64,000 bases of DNA from an uncultured Acidimicrobiaceae bacterium (GTDB lineage Bacteria > Actinomycetota > Acidimicrobiia > Acidimicrobiales > CAIXPF01), in contig CAVZHK010000008.1 of the NCBI GenBank assembly GCA_963775055.1, positions 154,813 through 218,812 on the forward strand, in the 5' to 3' direction. How positions within the stretch are numbered: position 1 is the first letter of the stretch; every line of letters begins with the position of its first letter. Positions 26,167 to 35,169 of the stretch are shown here, piece by piece. A program made the position numbers and the translations under genes. The notes beneath the pieces are model-generated. The model did not search any database, was not told the DNA's origin, and saw only the letters and a list, made by a program, of their open reading frames with translations.

Positions 26167-27168
26167 ATGGACCCCGAACTCGCCGCCTGGCTGGCCACCA
26201 CCCAAGAGCAGGCCCTACAGCCCGACCTGCCCATCTGCGACCCCCACCATCATCTGTGGGACCACGCCAAGGAACGGTTCCTGGTGGAGGAGCTCAAGGC
26301 GGAGATCGGCGCCGGCCACAACGTGACGGAGACGGTGTACGTGGACTGCATGTCCGGTTACCTGACCGAGGGCCCGCCGGAGATGGCGCCGGTGGGCGAG
26401 GTCAGCTTCGCCGCCGAGCAGGCCGCCCAGTCACGCCAGAGCCCCGGGGCACGGATCGCGGCCATCGTGGGATGCGCCGACCTGCGCTTGGGCGACGGGG
26501 TGAAGCCGGTGCTGGAAGCCATGATCGGCGCCGGTGACGGGCTGTTCCGGGGCATCCGCCACGCCACCGCCTGGGACCCCTCCCCCAAACTGGGCAACTC
26601 CCACATGAACCCCACCGAGGGCGAGATGGGCAGCACCGGTTTCCGTCGTGGTTTCGAGGTGCTGACCGGTGAGCTGGGCCTGACCTTCGACGCCTGGCTC
26701 TACCATCCGCAGCTGCCCGAGGTGGCCGCGCTGGCCCGGGCCCACCCCGACGCCACCATCGTGCTCGATCACCTGGGCGCTCCCGTGGGTGTCGGTCCCT
26801 ACGCCGGCAAACGTGACGAGGTGCTGGCCGCCTGGCGCCCGATGATGGCGGACATCGCCCGCTGCCCCAACGTGGTGTTGAAGGTCGGCGGGATCGGGAT
26901 GTCCTTGTACGGGCTGGGCTGGCACAAGCGTGAAACCGCTCCCTCCTCCGATGAGCTGGTGGCGGCGTGGGGTGATGAGATGCGCTTCTGCATCGACGCC
27001 TTTGGTCCCAGTCGCTGCATGTTCGAGTCGAACTTCCCCGTGGATCGGCGGGGTTGTTCCTACGTGGTGCTGTGGAACGCCTTCAAGAAGACCGCCGCCG
27101 GTTACAACGCCGCCGAGCAGGCCGACCTGTTCCGGGGTACCGCCCAGCGCGCCTACCGGATCGACTGA
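26167..27168 (+). CDS. amidohydrolase family protein (Amidohydro_2-like)
   Basis: DPHHHLWD, RGIRH, VLDHLG, RCMFESNFPVD. Confidence 0.93.
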   Translation: MDPELAAWLATTQEQALQPDLPICDPHHHLWDHAKERFLVEELKAEIGAGHNVTETVYVDCMSGYLTEGPPEMAPVGEVSFAAEQAAQSRQSPGARIAAIVGCADLRLGDGVKPVLEAMIGAGDGLFRGIRHATAWDPSPKLGNSHMNPTEGEMGSTGFRRGFEVLTGELGLTFDAWLYHPQLPEVAALARAHPDATIVLDHLGAPVGVGPYAGKRDEVLAAWRPMMADIARCPNVVLKVGGIGMSLYGLGWHKRETAPSSDELVAAWGDEMRFCIDAFGPSRCMFESNFPVDRRGCSYVVLWNAFKKTAAGYNAAEQADLFRGTAQRAYRID

Positions 27169-27193
27169 CCGGATCGACTGACCGGATCGACTG
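27155..27193 (+). repeat. 13-bp tandem repeat x3 spanning the amidohydrolase stop codon
   Basis: accggatcgactg x3. Confidence 0.9.
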
Positions 27194-27202
27194 ATCCCGT
27201 CA

Positions 27203-27229
27203 GGTTTGACCGGTCCCTGCAGCGGGAAT
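27203..27229 (+). promoter_or_regulatory. putative SigF/SigB-type general stress promoter
   Basis: GGTTT-N16-GGGAAT upstream of ATG 27242. Confidence 0.6.
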
Positions 27230-27241
27230 GTTCGCCCGAAG

Positions 27242-28127
27242 ATGGTGACCCTCATCGTCGTCCTGGTAGGTATGGCGGTGGCGGCCGTCATGTTGTCCTC
27301 TCGACGCGGCGCGCTGCCCGCCGCTGAGCTCGACACCGAGCGGCAGGAGCGATGGTTCGTGCGCCACGCTCCCGCCCGGCTCCAGCAGCTCCTGCGCCAC
27401 CTCGACCGGCGGGTGGCGGGCGGGGCCGGGGTCGCCATCGGCTTCGGGCTGGTCCTCGGCGCCGCCCTGCTGGTGGGTTTGCTGCTCGATGCCATCGACC
27501 GCAACCGGGTGGTGGCCCGGCTGGATCGCGCCGCCGCACGATGGGGAGCGGACAACGCCACGGAGGCCTCGACTGCCGTGCTCGAGACCATCACCCAGGC
27601 CGGTTCCACTCGGGTGCTGGTCGCGCTCGATGGTCCTCATTGGGCTGGTGGCTGCCGTGCGTCACCGCTCCTTGGCCGTGCTGGGATACCTGCTGTTGGT
27701 GGGGGTGGGGGTCAGCCTGCTCAACAGCGGCCTCAAGGCCATGGTGGAACGGGAACGTCCGACGGTGGCCATGCTCACCAGCTACAGCGGCTCGTCCTTT
27801 CCATCCGGGCACTCGGCCGCGGCGGGGGCCTGCTGGGCCGCCATGGCGTTGATCTTGGCCCGCCACCGCGGCCGTTGGCCACGTCGGGTGGCCGCCGCGG
27901 GCGCTGCGCTGATCTCCGGGGCGGTGGCCGCCAGCCGGGTGTTGTTGGGAGTGCACTGGCTGTCGGACGTGGTGGCCGGGGTGGTGGTCGGCTGGGCCTG
28001 GTTCTTTCTGGTGACGTTGTTGTTCGGTGGTCGGCTGCTGCGCTTCGGCGAACCGGCCGAGCGGGTGGAGCGGCGCAGTCGACGACGACGCTTCGGCGAC
28101 GGGGCCTCCACCGCCACCCTCCAATAG
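27242..28127 (+). pseudogene. PAP2 family phosphatase, frameshifted near 27629 (pseudogene or sequencing error)
   Basis: N-half in frame of ORF 27206 (ITQAGSTRVLVAL); C-half in frame of ORF 27489 (KAMVERERP, SFPSGHS, SRVLLGVHWLSDV); removing one base joins them. Confidence 0.8.
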
Positions 28128-28180
28128 CGCTACCGGCCAAGAGCGCTCCCAGATGGTAGGGCGACGAGGAAAGGTGCAGG

Positions 28181-29845
28181 GTGCCGGAGCTGTTGTTGGG
28201 ACCAATGCTGCGCCACGTCGATGCGACCAGCGCCACGGTCTGGGTCGAGACGGATGGACCGTGCCGGGTGTCGGTGGGCCGGACCACCACCCACACGTTC
28301 TGCGTGGCGGGTCACCACTACGCGCTGGTCATGGTCGAGGACCTCGAGCCGGGCACCGTCACGCCCTATGAGGTCCGACTCGATGATTCGTTGGTCTGGC
28401 CGCGGGAGAATGACCCCTTCCCCCCATGCGTCATCCGAACCCTGGGCCGCCCCGGCCCGCTGCGGGTGATCTTCGGGTCCTGTCGGGCTGCGGCACCCCA
28501 TCAACCGCCGTATTCGCTGGAGATCGCCTCCAACCCCGAGGCCCGGGGGGTGGACGCCTTGCGGGCCCACGGCTTGCGCATGCTGGGCCAGTCCCCGCAG
28601 GAATGGCCCGACCTGTTGGTGTTGGTCGGTGATCAGGTCTATGCCGATGACGTCTCGCCCGGGGTGCGGCGTCGGCTGGCGGGCACCGTCCGTCCGGCGG
28701 GGCTCCCGGAACACAGTGTGGCCAACTTCGAGGAGTACACCTGGCTCTATCACGAGGCCTGGACCCCCGATGTGGAGCGATGGGTGTTCTCGGTGGTGCC
28801 GACGGCCATGATCTTCGATGACCACGACATGATCGACGATTGGAACATCTCCGAGGCCTGGGTCCGTGACACTCGCCGGGAGCCCTGGTGGCAGGACCAC
28901 ATTGTCGGCGGTCTGGTCTCCTATTGGATCTATCAGCACCTGGGGAATCTCTCGCTCGGGGAGGTGCGCGCCGAGGGGTTGCTGGAGGAGGCGCTTTCCA
29001 CGGCTGACGCCGAACCGGTGCTGACCCGTTGGGCCCAACGGTCCGAGGCGTTCACCCCGCTGCCCGGCGGCTACCGCTTCAGCTACGCACGGGATCTGGG
29101 ACCGGTGCGGCTGGTGGTCATCGACAGTCGCAACGGTCGGGTGTTGCGGCCCGGCGCTCGGGCCATGGTGGACGCGGACGAATGGACCTGGGTGGTCGAG
29201 CAATGCCAGGTGCCGTGCCGGGACCTGCTCATCGCCAGCTCGCTGCCGGTGCTGGTGCCTGGCGGCCTGCACGATTTGCAGGTTTGGAGCGAACGCCTCT
29301 GCGACGGCAAGTGGGGGCGATGGCCCGCCAAGGTAGGGGAACGTCTGCGGCGCGCCCTCGATCTGGAGGATTGGGCTGCCTTCGCCGTTTCCTTTGCGGC
29401 GATGATGGAATTGCTGGCTTCAGTGGGCCGCGGCCGCAATGGTCCGGCGCCGCGAACCATCTCCCTGCTGTCGGGGGACATCCACTTTAGCTATCGGGCG
29501 GAGCTGCACTTCGCACCGGAAGCGGGGGTGATCAGCCGCATCAACCAGTTGGTGAGCTCCCCCATGCGCAACGCACTCGCGGGCCGAGACCGCAAGGTGT
29601 TGGCCTTCGGCTCCAGTAGCGCCGGGCGGGCGGTGGGCCGCTTTCTTCGTCGCAGCGTGGGCGCCAGCGCCGGAACCATGTCCTGGGAGCTGACCGACGG
29701 ACCATTCTTCGCCAACGAGATGTCGATGCTCACCCTTGACGACCATACCGCTGAGTACCGCATTGAGCAGGCCAGCCCCGACGAGGAGGGGCGACCCACG
29801 CTGAGCGTCATCTCCAGAGTCGAGTTGGCCCCGCCCGGCAGCTAA
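28181..29845 (+). CDS. alkaline phosphatase D (PhoD) family protein
   Basis: LLLGPMLRHV, FGSCR, VGDQVYAD, IFDDHD, LSGDIH; no evident signal peptide. Confidence 0.9.
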   Translation: MPELLLGPMLRHVDATSATVWVETDGPCRVSVGRTTTHTFCVAGHHYALVMVEDLEPGTVTPYEVRLDDSLVWPRENDPFPPCVIRTLGRPGPLRVIFGSCRAAAPHQPPYSLEIASNPEARGVDALRAHGLRMLGQSPQEWPDLLVLVGDQVYADDVSPGVRRRLAGTVRPAGLPEHSVANFEEYTWLYHEAWTPDVERWVFSVVPTAMIFDDHDMIDDWNISEAWVRDTRREPWWQDHIVGGLVSYWIYQHLGNLSLGEVRAEGLLEEALSTADAEPVLTRWAQRSEAFTPLPGGYRFSYARDLGPVRLVVIDSRNGRVLRPGARAMVDADEWTWVVEQCQVPCRDLLIASSLPVLVPGGLHDLQVWSERLCDGKWGRWPAKVGERLRRALDLEDWAAFAVSFAAMMELLASVGRGRNGPAPRTISLLSGDIHFSYRAELHFAPEAGVISRINQLVSSPMRNALAGRDRKVLAFGSSSAGRAVGRFLRRSVGASAGTMSWELTDGPFFANEMSMLTLDDHTAEYRIEQASPDEEGRPTLSVISRVELAPPGS

Positions 29846-29888
29846 CCACCCCCAGAGTCCGCCGCCGTCGTTCGGGCCCAGCCGTGGA

Positions 29889-30128
29889 TCAGCTGGTGGT
29901 TTCGGTCTCCTCCTCGGCGCCCTCATCCACCTGCTGCTCGACCTCGTTGCGGGCATCGTCCACCACCGACTCCAACGTCTCCACTTCCTCATTCACGTCC
30001 GAACCGTTGCCGTCCTCATCTTCACCGCAGGCAGCCGCGCCGAGTGTGAGCGTACCGAACAGTACGGCCACGGCGGAAAACTTCTTCATCGTGTGGTGTG
30101 TGGTCCGCTGCACGATCATCGTCGTCAT
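29889..30128 (-). CDS. small acidic lipoprotein
   Basis: MKKFSAVAVLFGTLTLGAAAC lipobox followed by an E/D-rich tail; start 30128 or 30089. Confidence 0.75.
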   Translation of the reverse strand: MTTMIVQRTTHHTMKKFSAVAVLFGTLTLGAAACGEDEDGNGSDVNEEVETLESVVDDARNEVEQQVDEGAEEETETTS

Positions 30129-30189
30129 ACCTCTGGGTTGGAGCCGTGGCTCGGTTCTGTATGCGATCGAATGATCGGGTACCAGCCAC

Positions 30190-30216
30190 ATACCTTCCGG
30201 TTCGTGGCGTCAAACC
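30190..30216 (-). promoter_or_regulatory. putative SigF/SigB-type promoter (lipoprotein)
   Basis: minus strand GGTTT-N16-AGGTAT. Confidence 0.5.
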
Positions 30217-30228
30217 CCTCGACCACCT

Positions 30229-30256
30229 GGTTTGACCGGTCCGCAGGCGAGGGAAG
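30229..30256 (+). promoter_or_regulatory. putative SigF/SigB-type promoter (DUF1206-like gene)
   Basis: GGTTT-N17-GGGAAG; shares ggtttgaccggtcc with the 27203 site. Confidence 0.55.
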
Positions 30257-30313
30257 ATGACGGAGTGGCACGCCACCGCCTCTTCCGCAGGTGGCACAAG
30301 CAGGAGGCGCACC

Positions 30314-31273
30314 GTGTCACGGTTGCAAGATCTCACCCACCCCAAACTCAGGCCGGCTTCCAGTGCTGGGGACCGATCCAGGAGCGGTGGGTCCCCCAGC
30401 GGGCCCGGCACTGTCTCCTCCGGGGGCGTTGACGCCAGCGGGGACGTCGGGCGTCAGGCCCAGGATCTAGGGCGCCGGTTCCAGGTGCTCGGACGCGCCG
30501 GGTGGGTGGCCAAAGGGGTGGTCTACATCCTGATCGGTTTGGTGGCACTCAACATCGCCCTCGACCGGGGCAAAGGTGGCGAGGAGGCCAGCGGCACCGG
30601 CGCAGTGGCCAAACTGGCCGACCGGTCCTTCGGCAAGGCGCTGATCGCGGTGCTAGGCATCGGCTTGGCGCTGTACGTGCTGTGGCGATTGTTCACCGCT
30701 CTGCTACCGGGTGACTGGACCGGCAAGGCGTTGTTGGAGCGGGTCGGCTACCTGGTGAGCGCAGTGGTGTACGCCTCCTTGGCCCTCACGGTGCTGCAGA
30801 TCATGCAGTCCGGCACCGGCACCGACAGCAACCAGGAGGACCAAGCCGTTTCCAGCGGGGTCAACGCCCTGCTGGACAATTCCGCCGGTCGGGTGCTGGT
30901 AGGCATCATCGGGGTGGTAGTGCTGGCCGTCGCGCTGGCGTTTGCGCACAAGGCATACAGCAAGTCCTTCCAGGACGATCTTTCGCTGCCTTCCGACGCC
31001 CGGGAACGCCAGGCACTGCTGCGCTCCGGTGAGGTCGGCTGGGCCGCCCGCGGGGCCTCCATGGCGTTGGTCGGGTTCTTCCTCATCCGCTCCGCCGTCA
31101 CCTATGACGCGTCCGAAGCAGGTGGCATCGACGGCTCCCTGCGCCAGTTCACCCAGTACCGCTGGGGTCAGGTGCTGGTGGGGCTCATCGCGGTGGGCTT
31201 CGCAGCTTACGGCGTGTTCTGCGTGATCTCCGCCCGCCATCAGCGCCTGCGTGCACCCCGGAACGACCGCTGA
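30314..31273 (+). CDS. DUF1206-like membrane protein
   Basis: Repeated GRAGWVAKGVVY / ERVGYLVSAVVY / RSGEVGWAARG units, GIDGSL; SD aggagg 30302-30307 before GTG 30314. Confidence 0.85.
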   Translation: MSRLQDLTHPKLRPASSAGDRSRSGGSPSGPGTVSSGGVDASGDVGRQAQDLGRRFQVLGRAGWVAKGVVYILIGLVALNIALDRGKGGEEASGTGAVAKLADRSFGKALIAVLGIGLALYVLWRLFTALLPGDWTGKALLERVGYLVSAVVYASLALTVLQIMQSGTGTDSNQEDQAVSSGVNALLDNSAGRVLVGIIGVVVLAVALAFAHKAYSKSFQDDLSLPSDARERQALLRSGEVGWAARGASMALVGFFLIRSAVTYDASEAGGIDGSLRQFTQYRWGQVLVGLIAVGFAAYGVFCVISARHQRLRAPRNDR

Positions 31274-31282
31274 GAGCCAACC

Positions 31283-32227
31283 ATGTCGACCCAGCGATTC
31301 CGCCGCAGCGCAACGCCGGTGCTGCCTTCCCCAGGGGCCACACCATCTGGTATGGGACCGGCCGGTACCGGACCATCTGGTATGGCAGCTAGCCGGACCG
31401 GCATGGCAACCGCCCCGACCGGCATGGCAACCGCCCAGACCGGCATGGCAACCGCCCAGACCGGCATGGCAACCGCCCAGACCGGACGGACGGGTACGGT
31501 CGGTCCGGGCCGGGACACGGAGGACCGCCACGGGGCCAGCACGCTGTGGGCCACGCTGCGGCCGACGCTGCTGCCGCTGTTGGTCTCGTTCGGGGTGCTC
31601 ACCGGGCTGTGGTGCGCGCTCGGGTTCGCCCTTCGTTCGGAAGTGGCCGGACCGCTGCGGGATCTCGATGAGCGCGTAGCGGAACGGCTGGCCGCGTCCC
31701 GTACCGAGACCTGGGACTCGGTGGCGTTCTTTGTGGCCTACGTGGCCGACACGTTTCTGAAGATCGGCGCCACTGCCGTACTGGCAGGTCTGTTCTGGTT
31801 CGCCTGGCGGCGCTGGCACGAACCGCTGCTGCTGGCGGTGAGCCTGATGTTGGAGGCCGCGGTGTTCATCACGGTCACCACCATCGTGCAACGCCCCCGG
31901 CCCGACGTTCCCAAATTGGAGCAATCCCCGATCGATAGTTCCTTCCCGTCGGGGCACACCGCGGCCGCCGCGGTGTACAGCGCCTTGGCGGTGATCGTGT
32001 TCTGGCACTGCCGCAACCGGGCGTGGCGGGCCCTGGCCGTGGTGGCCAGCGTGCTGGTGCCGGCGGCGGTTGGCGCCGCCCGGGCCTACGCCGGGATGCA
32101 CGCCGTCACCGACGTCGTGGGAGGAGCCCTGCTGGGCTTCGCCTGTGTGGCGGTGGTGACCACCTTGCTGGTGCGCCGTCAGCACACCGGGGACACTGCG
32201 GTCGGTTCCGAATCGGGCGCCGGCTGA
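31283..32227 (+). CDS. PAP2 family phosphatase
   Basis: VQRPRP, SSFPSGHT, ARAYAGMHAVTDV. Confidence 0.9.
   Translation: MSTQRFRRSATPVLPSPGATPSGMGPAGTGPSGMAASRTGMATAPTGMATAQTGMATAQTGMATAQTGRTGTVGPGRDTEDRHGASTLWATLRPTLLPLLVSFGVLTGLWCALGFALRSEVAGPLRDLDERVAERLAASRTETWDSVAFFVAYVADTFLKIGATAVLAGLFWFAWRRWHEPLLLAVSLMLEAAVFITVTTIVQRPRPDVPKLEQSPIDSSFPSGHTAAAAVYSALAVIVFWHCRNRAWRALAVVASVLVPAAVGAARAYAGMHAVTDVVGGALLGFACVAVVTTLLVRRQHTGDTAVGSESGAG
31397..31480 (+). repeat. 21-bp coding tandem repeat x4 (TGMATAQ)
   Basis: accggcatggcaaccgcccag units. Confidence 0.93.
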
Positions 32228-32233
32228 ATGCGT

Positions 32234-32965
32234 TCATTCGGTGCTTCGATGGGTGGCGTTGAGATCGGGATCGTCCTCGGTTCGCACCACCAGCACGTCG
32301 TCCCGATGGACCAGCACGTCGGTGCACTCGTGACAACCATGACCGGGTCGGGCCCGCAGCGTGGCGTGCACCACCAGGCTGCGCCCCTCCTTGCCCAGCC
32401 GGACCTCCTCGATCCGCACGTGCTCGCTGGCGCTGCCCATGGCCTCGATCAGCGGACCCGTGGCCGCTCCGGGCTGCAACAGCACACTGGCATCTCGTCG
32501 CTGGTGCACACCGAAGCGGTCGATGAGATGGCGGACCGGGCGCAGCAGCACCAGGCTGGCCACCAGTACCACCGCGGTGGCCACCGCGGCGAAGAAGTTC
32601 CCGATGCCCGTGGCCAGGCCCACCGCCGACGTGACCCACAAGCTGGCGGCGGTGGTCAGGTTGTGGACCTTGGAGCCTTGCCGGAAGATCACTCCGGCCC
32701 CCAGGAAACCGATGCCGACCACCACGTTGGATGCCACCCGGGCCACATCGACGTTGACGTTGGTGAGCTCCCTCCGGGTCACGAACTCGGCAAAGCCCAC
32801 CGTTGACACCAGGCCGAACAGGCAGGCCCCCAAGGCCACGGAGATGTGGGTCCGCAACCCCGCCGGTTGGTCCGCCGCCTCCCGCTCCGCACCGATGACG
32901 GCCCCGATCAGCCCTGCCACCAACACCCGGACCAGAATCTCACTGTTCGTCGTCACAACTGGCAC
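32234..32965 (-). CDS. MgtC/SapB family protein
   Basis: IGAERE, AGLRTH, VVVGIGFLGAGVI, LTTAASLW; possible leaderless start at GTG 32956. Confidence 0.95.
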   Translation of the reverse strand: MPVVTTNSEILVRVLVAGLIGAVIGAEREAADQPAGLRTHISVALGACLFGLVSTVGFAEFVTRRELTNVNVDVARVASNVVVGIGFLGAGVIFRQGSKVHNLTTAASLWVTSAVGLATGIGNFFAAVATAVVLVASLVLLRPVRHLIDRFGVHQRRDASVLLQPGAATGPLIEAMGSASEHVRIEEVRLGKEGRSLVVHATLRARPGHGCHECTDVLVHRDDVLVVRTEDDPDLNATHRSTE

Positions 32966-32966
32966 T

Positions 32967-32993
32967 GTCCCCGATCACTGGCGTTGCGAAACG
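32967..32993 (-). promoter_or_regulatory. putative SigF/SigB-type promoter (MgtC gene)
   Basis: minus strand CGTTT-N16-GGGGAC immediately upstream of the CDS. Confidence 0.45.
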
Positions 32994-33033
32994 CGCCCAG
33001 CAGCCGCCGATCCTTCGACCGGAGCACCGCAAC

Positions 33034-33061
33034 GCACGATGCACGATGCACGATGCACGAT
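33034..33061. repeat. heptamer microsatellite (GCACGAT)4 in divergent intergenic region
   Basis: directly visible. Confidence 0.92.
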
Positions 33062-33081
33062 GAACCATAGGATCCCCGACG

Positions 33082-34011
33082 ATGGCCATCGTCGGATCAG
33101 CGCGTGGCAACCCCAAGAGCGTGGCCGTGGTCGGCGCCGGGGCCATCGGGACCGCGGTGATCGTCGAGTTGGCGTCCGCCGGTCGCCATGAGGTGACGGT
33201 TTGCCATCGCCCAGGTGGAACGCGTCCCCAGCAGTTCGTGCTGCACCGGGCCGGCGGAACCCAGGTCGAGGTCGAGCTGAGCGCCCGTCCGGCGGATCCC
33301 TTCCACGTCGGCCCGGTGGATGTGGTGCTGCTGGCGACCAAGGCGTATCAGAGCGCCGGCGCCCGGCCGTGGCTGGATGCGTTGGTGGGCCCGAACACGG
33401 TGGTGGCGGTGCTGCAGAACGGCATCGACCAGGTGGAGCGGATCAGCGCCCTGGTCCGGCCGGACGCCGTGGTGGTGCCGATGGTGGTCATGATGGCCGT
33501 CGACCGGGACCGGTCCGGCGAGGTGCACCAGGCCGCCGCCGGACTGCTGCAGACCCCTGACAGCCCCGCCGGGCGAATCGTGGCCGACCTGTTCGCCGGC
33601 ACCGCGTTGCGGGTGGAGGCGGTGGCGGATTTCCGGACCAGGGCATGGAACAAGTTGCTGATCAACGCGGTGGTCGGCGGCATCGGCGCCCTGACGCTGC
33701 GAGGACTCGACGTGCTTGGCGATCCCACTATCTATCGCCTGGCCCGGGACCTGGCCCAAGAAGTGGTGGCCGTGGCCCGGGCCGAAGGAGCCGCCCTCAG
33801 CGACGAGGATGCGGTCGGGGCCCTGGATCGCGCGGTGCGCAACGCCCGGGGTCACTGGTCCTCCATCTCGGTGGACCGCCGGAACGGAAGGCAGTTGGAA
33901 TGGGCGGTGCGCAACGCCCCTATCGGCACGCTGGGTCGGCGCCACGACATCCCCACCCCCCTCAACGATCTGGTCACCACACTGCTACGAGCCTGCGACC
34001 CGCACGACTAA
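33082..34011 (+). CDS. panE: 2-dehydropantoate 2-reductase (ketopantoate reductase) family
   Basis: VVGAGAIG, LATKAYQ, LQNGI, WNKLLIN, SSISVDRRNGRQLE, PTPLN. Confidence 0.8.
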   Translation: MAIVGSARGNPKSVAVVGAGAIGTAVIVELASAGRHEVTVCHRPGGTRPQQFVLHRAGGTQVEVELSARPADPFHVGPVDVVLLATKAYQSAGARPWLDALVGPNTVVAVLQNGIDQVERISALVRPDAVVVPMVVMMAVDRDRSGEVHQAAAGLLQTPDSPAGRIVADLFAGTALRVEAVADFRTRAWNKLLINAVVGGIGALTLRGLDVLGDPTIYRLARDLAQEVVAVARAEGAALSDEDAVGALDRAVRNARGHWSSISVDRRNGRQLEWAVRNAPIGTLGRRHDIPTPLNDLVTTLLRACDPHD

Positions 34012-34028
34012 CCCATGGCGAGGTGTCC

Positions 34029-34151
34029 GCCCAGCCCAGATCTGCGCGTTGTGGACACCAAACCAGCTGCAAGACGCAACGTCGCAGGTCCTAGCCTCGA
34101 GTGCTGGAGGTTCTCAAGGGAACCGGGCGCGAACGCGCAGATCTGCTGGGC
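34029..34151. repeat. intergenic element bounded by a 14-bp perfect (about 20-bp imperfect) inverted repeat
   Basis: cagatctgcgcgtt 34037-34050 / aacgcgcagatctg 34132-34145, extendable to gcccag...ctgggc. Confidence 0.75.
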
Positions 34152-34272
34152 ATGAGCGACACGCGTAGCCACGACGCACAGCGATTCGGCCAGCCCGGAT
34201 CGGGCCAGCACCGATCCCAGGAGTTCCCATCTGGGCAGCAGACGCAGCGACGGGCGGCAAGAATCGCCGGCC

Positions 34273-35169
34273 ATGCGATTCGGAGCGACCTTCCCTACTA
34301 CTGAGATCGGCGATGACCCCGTCGCCGTGCGTGATTTCGCCCAAGCGGCAGAGTCGCTGGGTTACAGCCACATCGTCGCCTATGACCACGTGTTGGGGGC
34401 GGTGCACGCCGACCGGGAACCCAAGCTGTGGGGGCCCTACAGCGAGGCTGATCCCTTCCACGAGCCCTTCGTGCTGTTCGGCTTCCTGGCCGGGGTCACC
34501 ACCACCATCGAGTTCGAAACCGCGGTGATCATCCTCCCCCAGCGCCAGACCGTGCTGGCTGCCAAGCAGGCCGCCGAGGTGGACGTGCTGTCCGGCGGGC
34601 GGTTGCGGCTGGGCGTCGGCACCGGCTGGAACCCCGTCGAATATGAGGGCCTGGACGTGCCCTGGGCGGGCCGCGGTGCCCGCTTCGACGATCAGATCGC
34701 CCTCATGCGGCAACTGTGGACCGAGCCGGTGCTTGACGTCAGCACCGCGCACCATCGGATCGACCGGGCCGGCATCCTGCCCCGGCCCAAGCGGTCCATC
34801 CCGGTGTGGTTCGGCGGGTCCTCGATGGTGGCGCTGCGACGCGCGGCGCGGACCGGGGACGGGTTCAGCTTCGCCAGCGCCGGCCGCAAGACCATCGATC
34901 AGGTCCACACCCTGCGCTCGCTCCTGCAGGAGGAGGGCCGCGACCCGGGCTCGTTCCCTATCGAGTTCACCTTGATGTACGGGCTGGGGGAACAGCGCTG
35001 GGTCTCCGCGGCGCAAGCAGCGAAGGACGCCGGGGTCGACTACCTGTCGATCAACGCCATGAGCACCACCGCCGCCTGGACCAAGATGGACGCCCCCAAC
35101 CTGAGCAGCGTCGGGGAGCACATAGCGGCGCTGGAGCGGTTCATGACGGTCGTGGGCGGTCTGGCGTGA
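34273..35169 (+). CDS. LLM class, probably F420-dependent oxidoreductase
   Basis: FAQAAESLGY, YDHVLG, FHEPFVLFGFLAG, SGGRLRLGVGTGWN. Confidence 0.92.
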   Translation: MRFGATFPTTEIGDDPVAVRDFAQAAESLGYSHIVAYDHVLGAVHADREPKLWGPYSEADPFHEPFVLFGFLAGVTTTIEFETAVIILPQRQTVLAAKQAAEVDVLSGGRLRLGVGTGWNPVEYEGLDVPWAGRGARFDDQIALMRQLWTEPVLDVSTAHHRIDRAGILPRPKRSIPVWFGGSSMVALRRAARTGDGFSFASAGRKTIDQVHTLRSLLQEEGRDPGSFPIEFTLMYGLGEQRWVSAAQAAKDAGVDYLSINAMSTTAAWTKMDAPNLSSVGEHIAALERFMTVVGGLA

